Positions 30,832 through 37,372 of a DNA stretch of 61,416 nucleotides are shown in pieces (positions within the stretch are counted from its first letter, which is position 1; each line of letters begins with the position of its first letter). The notes beneath the pieces were generated by a model, which was not told where the DNA came from, ran no database searches, and saw only the letters and a program-made list of their open reading frames with translations. Both the position numbers and the translations under genes were made by a program. This DNA is from Roseibium sp. (GTDB lineage Bacteria > Pseudomonadota > Alphaproteobacteria > Rhizobiales > Stappiaceae): contig NZ_JAILWL010000001.1 of the NCBI RefSeq assembly GCF_025698965.1, positions 1 to 61,416 on the forward strand. Direction: 5' to 3'.

Positions 30832-32241
30832 CTACCAGCCGATACCGACATAGTTGGAAGAGGTTGGGGCGTTGTTGGGGATGCGGATCAGGTCCACAAC
30901 CACGGCCTCTTCCTTCTTGGACGCGAGCGCGCTCCTGAGGGCGGGAATGTTCTGGGAGACAACAACCGCATCTGCGTCCGCGAGCGCCGTTTCCGGGGTT
31001 TCCTTCAAAAACTCCGGCAAAGCGTCCACGACAGTCTGAAGATGCGGAGCCGCATGGCGCATATAGTCGAACTGTTGGCTGATATGCGGACCAGGCTGGA
31101 TGGCCGGGTCATAGGCGGTTACCTCGATGCCGGATTTCATCAACTCCGCGATCACGTCCAGAATGGGGCTCTCGCGCAAGTCGTCCGTGCCCGGTTTGAA
31201 AGCAATGCCCATGATCGCGACTTTTCTCGCACAAGTGCGTTTGACAAGATTGAGGGCCTGGCGGACCTGCTCCTGATTGGAGGGGATCAGAGCATCGAGC
31301 ATCGGCAGGTCGATGCCGAGATGATCCGCCAGGTGTGTCACGGCGCGGACTTCCTTCGGCAGGCAGGAACCGCCGAATGCGAAGCCGGGCTTCAGGTAGT
31401 AGGGGGACAGGTTGAGCTTGGTGTCCTGAACGAAAATGTCCATGACTGCATGGCTGTCGATGCCCATTGGCTTGCACAGACGGCCGATTTCATTGGCAAA
31501 GCAGACCTTGGTCGCGTGCCAGACATTGTCGACATACTTCACCAGTTCCGCGACTTCGACCGAGGTGACGATCGGATTGATATCGACCGATGCGTAGATC
31601 CTGGCCAGGGCACGGGCAGTATATTGATCGGTCACACCGAAGACCGTTTTCGGCGGTTCGTGGAAATCCGCGACGGCGCTGCCTTCACGTAGGAATTCCG
31701 GATTGAAGCAGATGCCGAAATCCTGGCCGGCGGTTTTGTGTGAATAGCGCTCGATGATCGGCTTCATCACCTTGAGCGTCGTTCCCGGAGGAACGGAGCA
31801 TCGCAGCACGATGATATGGAATGAATCCTTGACAGCAAGGGCCTCGCCGATACTGCGGGCAACCGCCTCGATTGCGCGCGTGTCGCAACCGCCGTCCTCT
31901 GCGGTCGGCGTGCCAACGGAAACAAAGGTGATGTCGGTGGTCCAGATGGCGCGCTTGATGTCAGTCGTCGCGGACAGCAGGTCATTATCGACGCCCCTCG
32001 TCAACAGTTCCCCGAGCTGATCTTCTACTATGGGGCTTTGTCCCCATGCGATGGCATCAACTTTTTTCTCATCGACGTCGACACCAACGACGCGGTGACC
32101 AAGTGAGCTGAGGCAGGCAAGCGAAACAGCGCCGACATACCCCAGACCGATCACGCTGATCGCATCCTTGAAATCCTGAATTCCGAGCTCGGAAGCGTCC
32201 AGCTTGCGGGCGAATTGTTCATTTGAGACATACATGTTCAT
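30832..32241 (-). CDS. algD: GDP-mannose 6-dehydrogenase (AlgD-like)
   Basis: GLGYVGAV, FNPEFLREG, KYVDNVWHATKVCFANEIG, and LNLSPYYLKPGFAFGGSCLPKEVRA closely follow AlgD rather than Ugd; linked to alg8/alg44. Confidence 0.85.
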   Translation of the reverse strand: MNMYVSNEQFARKLDASELGIQDFKDAISVIGLGYVGAVSLACLSSLGHRVVGVDVDEKKVDAIAWGQSPIVEDQLGELLTRGVDNDLLSATTDIKRAIWTTDITFVSVGTPTAEDGGCDTRAIEAVARSIGEALAVKDSFHIIVLRCSVPPGTTLKVMKPIIERYSHKTAGQDFGICFNPEFLREGSAVADFHEPPKTVFGVTDQYTARALARIYASVDINPIVTSVEVAELVKYVDNVWHATKVCFANEIGRLCKPMGIDSHAVMDIFVQDTKLNLSPYYLKPGFAFGGSCLPKEVRAVTHLADHLGIDLPMLDALIPSNQEQVRQALNLVKRTCARKVAIMGIAFKPGTDDLRESPILDVIAELMKSGIEVTAYDPAIQPGPHISQQFDYMRHAAPHLQTVVDALPEFLKETPETALADADAVVVSQNIPALRSALASKKEEAVVVDLIRIPNNAPTSSNYVGIGW

Positions 32242-32277
32242 TCGACTGCTCCCAGAATGTGTTCTGGCAATTTCAGA

Positions 32278-32293
32278 AACAAGGAACGTGCCA
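32278..32293 (-). promoter_or_regulatory. sigma54 -24/-12 promoter for algD
   Basis: Minus strand TGGCACG-TTCC-TTGTT; IHF-like TTTCAGTAAGTTA at 32323-32335. Confidence 0.65.
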
Positions 32294-32363
32294 AACGCAG
32301 GTTTGAAAAATTTCTTTATTTATTTCAGTAAGTTACGGTTACTGTGGCAAAGTGGGTAAAGTT

Positions 32364-32404
32364 TCGGGTTTTCGAAATTGAAAACCCGATTTTCAAAATC
32401 CAAC
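32364..32404. promoter_or_regulatory. putative upstream activator sequences (algD)
   Basis: TCGGGTTTTC-GAAATT-GAAAACCCGA (perfect 10-bp arms) plus a weaker copy, TTTCAAAATCCAAC, 21 bp further. Confidence 0.55.
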
Positions 32405-32735
32405 TTTTTAGAAGCGCAATGCGAAGGAAAAAATCGCTTACCCAGGTGTCGTGAAATTTTGAAAGGAAAGGTCCTTCAGGCAACTTCGCTTCCTGTGCGA
32501 AGCGATTTTGTCCAGACCACGACCAGCGCCATCTGAAAACGCGACCGGCAGGTCGCCCTTATTATAAAGAGTACGCGGGACCGATTGGCGTAATCCTGAA
32601 ATTCGCGATTTCAAAAAGACCCCTTTTCGTTTCGCGAAGTTCCGGCTGGATCAATCCATCTCGACTTTGCTGACGCTACCTTTAAGTAATTGGAAAGCTG
32701 ATATAAATCATAAAGTGGAGCTGATTTTGAAATTG

Positions 32736-32751
32736 TGGCCGACCGATTGCA
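32736..32751 (+). promoter_or_regulatory. sigma54 -24/-12 promoter for the HAD-NUDIX operon
   Basis: TGGCCGA-CCGA-TTGCA; IHF-like site (minus strand TTCCAATTACTTA) at 32683-32695. Confidence 0.65.
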
Positions 32752-32790
32752 TTTGCTTCTCCAGAACCAATTGAACAATGGAGAGCAGTC

Positions 32791-33633
32791 ATGTTTTCGA
32801 AAGTTGCGTTTGAGGCCATTGGTCAGGTAACCGGGCCTGAAATCGTTGACCCGCTTGCCGCTGGCGAAAAAGTCTTCCTGTTCGATCTGGATGTGCTTGT
32901 CGCGAGCCGTTTCGGTCGGATGGATCATGAATTTGCCGGCTATGTACGGGAATTTGCCCGTTCACATCCATGCTACCTGCTGACATCGGCCAACTACTCT
33001 GAGGTAATGTCGCGTCTGCCCGGGTCCGTCCGCCATGCCTTTGAAGGTGTGTTTGCCTCGTGCGGTACAGAGCTTTGGGTGAACAATGAAATACTGATCC
33101 GTCACGAACACCTTTTCTCCGACGATCTTTATGAGTTTGTCGCCAAGGCGGTCCAGCAAAGCGCCTATTCCGGGAAGGAAGCACCATTGCTGGAATGCGG
33201 GTCTGCCACCCTTCGTTTGAGCCTTGCCGGCATTCGAAGCACGGCCGGTCAACAAATGGCCTATCGGCGCTGGGAGAGAGAACATCGTGAACTTGATGTG
33301 ATTGCAGATGAAATGAAGGCCCGTTTTCCGGATCACACGGTATGCCGGGACAGCGATATCAGCCTGATGATCACACCCAATACTTTCACCAGTGCCCGGG
33401 TTCATGAACATATCCTGAAACGCCACAAGGCATCGCGCCTGATTGCCTATTTCGCCAACCGATCCGCAGGTGGATTTGCAAAACCGCTCTGCGACGCCCT
33501 GTTGACCTCGGATGTCGTGTCGACAGTGAATGGGCCGAGCGATGTTAGCCAGTTGCTCAGCTATGAAATGCGCTCAGCTCCTGATGCCGGTCAACGGCCG
33601 CACACCATGAACCGGATGCTTCAGGAGGCTTGA
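32791..33633 (+). CDS. HAD-IIB protein resembling eukaryotic/phage-type phosphomannomutase, motifs degenerate
   Basis: VFLFDLDVLVASR (motif I DxD), YLLTSANY (motif II-like) and FASCGTELW; motif IV acidic residues not visible (YFANRSAGG). Confidence 0.6.
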   Translation: MFSKVAFEAIGQVTGPEIVDPLAAGEKVFLFDLDVLVASRFGRMDHEFAGYVREFARSHPCYLLTSANYSEVMSRLPGSVRHAFEGVFASCGTELWVNNEILIRHEHLFSDDLYEFVAKAVQQSAYSGKEAPLLECGSATLRLSLAGIRSTAGQQMAYRRWEREHRELDVIADEMKARFPDHTVCRDSDISLMITPNTFTSARVHEHILKRHKASRLIAYFANRSAGGFAKPLCDALLTSDVVSTVNGPSDVSQLLSYEMRSAPDAGQRPHTMNRMLQEA

Positions 33634-33634
33634 T

Positions 33635-34219
33635 ATGAACGCCATCGATCAGAAGGGTTTTGATCGTAGCTGCTGGTCACTTGTCGAGAGCCGCAAGGTC
33701 TTTGATGCGGGCAATCGATTGCGGGTCCTGCGCCAGACGGTGTGTCTGCCCGACAATCGGATCGTGGACGATTATTACCGCATCGACCTGCCGTCATTCG
33801 CAACTATCTACGCGCTGACGGAAGACGGCAATGTCCTGCTGTTGCGTCAATACAAGCATGGCGTCGGCGAGGTTTGCCTGACATTGCCGGGAGGGCAAAT
33901 TGAACCGGGTGAAGATCCCGAATTCTCTGCCCGGCGCGAACTTCTGGAGGAGACCGGCTATGGCGGCGGCCGCTGGCTTCAAGGCCCGTCACTGGTGCTT
34001 CACGGCAACCAGAGGATTGCGCGCGCACACATCTATGTCGCGCAACATGTCATCAAGCTGGGCGAGGCAGGTTCAGGTGACCTTGAAGAGACGCAACTGG
34101 TGTTGAAGCCCCGGCAAGATCTGCGCCGTGCCATGCTTCAGGGAGAGCTGCCGATCACGACCCATGTCGCCACAATCGGCATTGCGGAAACGCTGCTTGA
34201 AGCAATATCGCGTGGGTGA
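33635..34219 (+). CDS. NUDIX hydrolase (ADP-sugar/NDP-sugar pyrophosphatase-like)
   Basis: Nudix box GQIEPGEDPEFSARRELLEETGY; LLRQYKHGVG. Confidence 0.9.
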   Translation: MNAIDQKGFDRSCWSLVESRKVFDAGNRLRVLRQTVCLPDNRIVDDYYRIDLPSFATIYALTEDGNVLLLRQYKHGVGEVCLTLPGGQIEPGEDPEFSARRELLEETGYGGGRWLQGPSLVLHGNQRIARAHIYVAQHVIKLGEAGSGDLEETQLVLKPRQDLRRAMLQGELPITTHVATIGIAETLLEAISRG

Positions 34220-34226
34220 GACGGAC

Positions 34227-34375
34227 GAAGGGAAACGATGGGGCCTTTCCCTTCTTGAATTCGGTGCCGGGATTTCACCGGCTGCGGCGGGGTGGCCTCT
34301 GACGCGATTTCCCCTCGCGCCTAGGGCCTGAAGTCCGCCCTTCAGATGGCCTACTTCTGAAACTCTTTCCCCGAC
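34227..34375. ncRNA. candidate structured non-coding RNA / multi-hairpin intergenic element
   Basis: Four consecutive hairpins: 34227-34254, 34266-34282, 34303-34319, 34322-34353. G-U extensions favour the minus strand; no convincing ORF. Confidence 0.3.
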
Positions 34376-34540
34376 TGTTTCTCTATGCCAGGGCCGTCAA
34401 CGCCTCAGTTTCGCACGGGATTTATGTGACTCAGTTCGTGCTTGCATTGTTGTTTACCATACGTTAAGAAAGTAGACAAGGTTCGTGACTCAATTTATGA
34501 AGAAAAAACTCTTCGGAAATTCGAGAAAAACGGACCTGCT

Positions 34541-35188
34541 GTGATCGAGCACAACGACGAAAGAGAATGGGAAACGCGCGTGTACGGCTATGCCCGCGTC
34601 AGCACAGAAGACCAGAACCTTGATATGCAGATCCGCGCCCTCAACGATTACGGATGCTCCTATATCTTCAAGGAAAAACGGTCTGCGTACGGGGTGAAGC
34701 GCAAACAGCTTGAATGGCTAAAAAAGAGCCTAGCGCCGGGTGATACGCTTGTTGTCTGGAAGCTGGATCGGTTGGGCCGTGATGTCGGTGAACTGATCAC
34801 GTTCATGGCAATGTTGAAGAAGAAAGAAGTGAACTTCGTCAGCCTGAATGATCAGATTGATACCCGTACGGCCATGGGAAACTTCATGTTTCATCTGTTG
34901 GCGTCATTGGCGCAGTTGGAACGCGATCTGGTAGCGGAACGAACTAGGGCAGGGATGGACGCAGCTCGTAAGCGCGGTTGGCATCCGGGGCCGGAAACAC
35001 TCATTAAGCGGTTGGAGCGGGAAGACCCGAAGCAGCTCAAGGCGCTGCGGAAAGACATCGCGGACCCGAAAATGTCTTGGCGAGCACTCCATAAGAAGTA
35101 TGGTTATGCAGTTGCAACTCTACGGCGACACTTTGAAGGTGAGCGCAAAGAGGCATTGGCCAAGTTAGCCGAATTGGATGAAGAATGA
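34541..35188 (+). CDS. small serine recombinase (resolvase/invertase family, C-terminal HTH)
   Basis: Catalytic YGYARVSTEDQN, GDTLVVWKLDRLGR, IDTRTAMGNFMF, ERDLVAERTRAGMDAARKRG; C-terminal HTH (MSWRALHKKYGYAVATLRRHF). Start uncertain (GTG 34541). Confidence 0.93.
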   Translation: MIEHNDEREWETRVYGYARVSTEDQNLDMQIRALNDYGCSYIFKEKRSAYGVKRKQLEWLKKSLAPGDTLVVWKLDRLGRDVGELITFMAMLKKKEVNFVSLNDQIDTRTAMGNFMFHLLASLAQLERDLVAERTRAGMDAARKRGWHPGPETLIKRLEREDPKQLKALRKDIADPKMSWRALHKKYGYAVATLRRHFEGERKEALAKLAELDEE

Positions 35189-35192
35189 ATAG

Positions 35193-35870
35193 GTGGCAGA
35201 GTTGTTAGGCGCATTTACTTCTAGCACGTCAGGCCTGCTGGCGCTCGGTGCAATGTTTTTCGGCGTAGTTGCATTGCTTCTAGGAGGATTTGCCGCCGCG
35301 ATTAGAGATAAAGAAAGTGCTGATGCGGAAAGCGCTTATCAAGCAAAACTAGACCAGAAAACCGACAAGATAACCGTATTGCAGGACGAAATTAGTTCTC
35401 TGCAAAGTGAGACTATTAAGATGATCACTGGAGGCGATTCATTTCCTGTGGTGAATTTGGTGCAACACCCTAAACTCGGGATGGGTAAGTTCTCCCCCGA
35501 GATTTGGGTTTCTGGGGCTTACCACCTCAGAAACGTGAAAGTCTCAATCACTATAGTAAGTGGGGCTGAGACCAATAAATATAGCTTTGAAGAAGTAAGT
35601 CTTCGTGCTTATGGCGGATTGCCTTTTGATCTTATTGTAAACGCCGCAGCGGAGGGTGGCGCTACTTTGAGTGTTCGGACATCTGCGGAAAATGGAACTT
35701 GGTACCAAAAGATCGACTTCCGGAAAGCCGACGACGGACGGTTCCAGTTCAAGACAAAGATTGTTCGTTTTGGTCACCCTCAAACGACAGTTCTTAAGAA
35801 GGACTTCGACGAGGACCTTAGCTTTGGTTCCATTGACGAAATGAAGCGGTCCCCGACGTTTGTACAATAA
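35193..35870 (+). CDS. hypothetical membrane-anchored protein (cargo)
   Basis: N-terminal TM helix, coiled-coil-like stretch and beta-rich C-terminus; its stop TAA lies in ATAAGGAGCC. Confidence 0.7.
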   Translation: MAELLGAFTSSTSGLLALGAMFFGVVALLLGGFAAAIRDKESADAESAYQAKLDQKTDKITVLQDEISSLQSETIKMITGGDSFPVVNLVQHPKLGMGKFSPEIWVSGAYHLRNVKVSITIVSGAETNKYSFEEVSLRAYGGLPFDLIVNAAAEGGATLSVRTSAENGTWYQKIDFRKADDGRFQFKTKIVRFGHPQTTVLKKDFDEDLSFGSIDEMKRSPTFVQ

Positions 35871-35876
35871 GGAGCC
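35867..35876 (+). repeat. partial copy of the element right-end motif
   Basis: ATAAGGAGCC at a gene junction. Confidence 0.55.
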
Positions 35877-35882
35877 GAGGTG

Positions 35883-36101
35883 ATGGGAAAAACGTTCCAG
35901 GTTCTCGATTTCGAGGATAGCGGCATCCACGGAATTGCGATTGCACCGATGAAAGATCGTTTGAGCGTAAACTGCACGAGCGATGGTGAGATTGATGCTG
36001 CAATCCAGAACCTGAAAGATGATGCGGACCGTATTGCCAAGGTCATGAAACGCGAACTTCGAAAGAGGAAGAAACAGCCTCTTTTCGGTCGTGACTCATA
36101 G
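35883..36101 (+). CDS. hypothetical protein (~72 aa, cargo)
   Basis: AAGGAG/GAGG RBS; ends ...GRDS* inside the repeat motif. Confidence 0.65.
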   Translation: MGKTFQVLDFEDSGIHGIAIAPMKDRLSVNCTSDGEIDAAIQNLKDDADRIAKVMKRELRKRKKQPLFGRDS

Positions 36102-36106
36102 GAGCC
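36090..36106 (+). repeat. copy of the element right-end motif
   Basis: CGTGACTCATAGGAGCC, one A shorter than the terminal copy. Confidence 0.75.
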
Positions 36107-36149
36107 TGTGAGTTGCTTGCAAATCATGGAACTAAGGAGAGTTGTAGTT

Positions 36150-36587
36150 GTGAGCGTTTGGGCAAAAGTAGAAGGCGTAGGCGGCCTAATATCCGGGGTT
36201 GCAGCATTTATCGTTGCTGGAGTTGCAATTTATCAGGCAAGTACCGCAAATCAAAAAACTGATGAACTAATAGAGAATTACAACAAGACCTTTTTCGCAA
36301 AAAATAGTGGTTTCAATAAATTGTTTCTTACTCCTGTTCGAGAGGAAAAAGTACTTACTCTTATGAACTCATTTGAAAGAGTAAACTGGGCGCCAATGAC
36401 CGTGGCGGAGTTGTGGGAGGCCGAAGAGGCTGCCGAGTTGGGGGTGAGTAAGCAAGAATTCATTCAGATCATAAGGGCAGGCTTCGGCATGGGCGTACTT
36501 AGGGAGGTCTTTCCAAGGTCAGGAGAGAAGATAGAGCGCACTGCGATTGGCAAAATTGAGTGGCGACCTGTGTTTCGCATAAATTAG
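36150..36587 (+). CDS. hypothetical membrane protein (cargo)
   Basis: N-terminal TM helix (GLISGVAAFIVAGVAIY) and possible wHTH-like C-terminus. Start uncertain (36108/36126/36150; AAGGAG precedes GTG 36150). Confidence 0.6.
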   Translation: MSVWAKVEGVGGLISGVAAFIVAGVAIYQASTANQKTDELIENYNKTFFAKNSGFNKLFLTPVREEKVLTLMNSFERVNWAPMTVAELWEAEEAAELGVSKQEFIQIIRAGFGMGVLREVFPRSGEKIERTAIGKIEWRPVFRIN

Positions 36588-36724
36588 TAGTTCGGAAAGT
36601 CAGGTAGAAACTAGGGAGGCCGTTGCAGCTATGCCCGGTGGTGACTGGAACCTAGCCGAAGCCAATGAGCGCTTTGGCGGATCTGGTCGAGCTGGTGGCA
36701 GGAAGAAAAAGTAGGTTTTTTGTT

Positions 36725-37174
36725 ATGGCTTTATCGGAATATTGGAAGAGTATAATTGCCAACACAGTTCCAATACTGGTTGGTGGAGGTTTGGTAGTTG
36801 GTGGTTTCGATTATCTAACGAAAGATCGCGGGCACGACATTGAGATGGTCAAGATAGGTGTCCAAATCCTTAGAGTGGATCCAAATAAAAATCCAGAAAT
36901 TGGAGATGCTGGGCGCGAATGGGCGATGCGTCTCATAAATCGTTATTCTGGCGAATCGCTTACGGTATCAGAAATGGATCAACTCAGAACTTCTCCCATT
37001 GTGGATTGGTACAATGATAACACCCCGAACAGCGTCTTGTATGGTGCGGGCTACAAACGGATTACTCCTAGCAAGGCGACCGCTCAATTCATTTGGGAGA
37101 ATGATAAAGAACTCGTTGATCAGATAGCAGCTCACAATCTCCAATGTGAAAAAGATGCGAGTTGTCTTGAATGA
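36725..37174 (+). CDS. hypothetical membrane protein (cargo)
   Basis: N-terminal TM helix (IIANTVPILVGGGLVVGGF); stop TGA is the first triplet of TGACTCATAAGGAGC. Start 36725 or 36665. Confidence 0.6.
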   Translation: MALSEYWKSIIANTVPILVGGGLVVGGFDYLTKDRGHDIEMVKIGVQILRVDPNKNPEIGDAGREWAMRLINRYSGESLTVSEMDQLRTSPIVDWYNDNTPNSVLYGAGYKRITPSKATAQFIWENDKELVDQIAAHNLQCEKDASCLE

Positions 37175-37186
37175 CTCATAAGGAGC
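37172..37186 (+). repeat. copy of the element right-end motif
   Basis: TGACTCATAAGGAGC, 15/15 identical to the terminal copy. Confidence 0.8.
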
Positions 37187-37190
37187 GGAC

Positions 37191-37364
37191 ATGTCTGACG
37201 ATAGCGTGAACCATGACCATTTGGTCGGCAGATCGTGGTCTGCATATAGCGCGATGATCAACGAAGCGCAGGCACTCGAAAACACAGCTCAGCGACTACG
37301 TGAGCGGGCAGCAGAATTGCACTTGGTTTTAGACCCGCCTGCTGAAAAAGAACGTGACTCATAA
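37191..37364 (+). CDS. hypothetical protein (57 aa, cargo; absent from the ORF track)
   Basis: MSDDSVNHDHLVGRSWSAYSAMINEAQALENTAQRLRERAAELHLVLDPPAEKERDS. RBS comes from the motif copy at 37172 and the stop from the copy at 37353. Confidence 0.6.
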   Translation: MSDDSVNHDHLVGRSWSAYSAMINEAQALENTAQRLRERAAELHLVLDPPAEKERDS

Positions 37365-37370
37365 GGAGCC
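37353..37370 (+). repeat. terminal right-end (attR-like) motif
   Basis: CGTGACTCATAAGGAGCC; host-like GC-rich sequence (stop of the convergent regulator at 37373) resumes immediately after. Confidence 0.8.
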
Positions 37371-37372
37371 CT

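Larger units (their letters stand above)
34419..37367 (+). mobile_element. small serine-recombinase integrative element (~2.95 kb) with cassette-like cargo
   Basis: Flanked by directly repeated GGA (34418-34420, 37365-37367). The joined ends give GTGACTCATAAG-GA-TTTATGTGACTC (12-2-12 imperfect palindrome). Encodes a resolvase and AT-richer orphan ORFs; interrupts the EPS locus. Confidence 0.72.

Noticed and set aside
34211-34227. CGTGGGTGAGACGGACG at the NUDIX stop resembles the right-end motif
   Set aside because: Only about 10/17 scattered matches in GC-rich DNA; the boundary at 34418-34432 explains the element much better.
34261-34290. CCGGTGAAATCCCGG hairpin as part of a cobalamin or FMN riboswitch, or a Qrr sRNA
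   Set aside because: The other conserved riboswitch elements and a downstream regulated gene are absent; no sigma54 promoter or Qrr-like core was seen.
34419-37367. Classification as IS607, IS1595 or a Tn3 remnant
   Set aside because: No TnpB, DDE or Tn3 transposase; the HTH is C-terminal, unlike IS607 TnpA; no long terminal inverted repeats or 5-8-bp target duplication, only the shared GGA. An ISfinder search would be needed to exclude these fully.
35867-37370. Repeats as a CRISPR array, attC sites or invertible-segment sites
   Set aside because: Spacing is irregular and gene-sized, and there are no cas genes. There is no attC hairpin/GTTRRRY pattern or tyrosine integrase. The copies are all direct rather than inverted.
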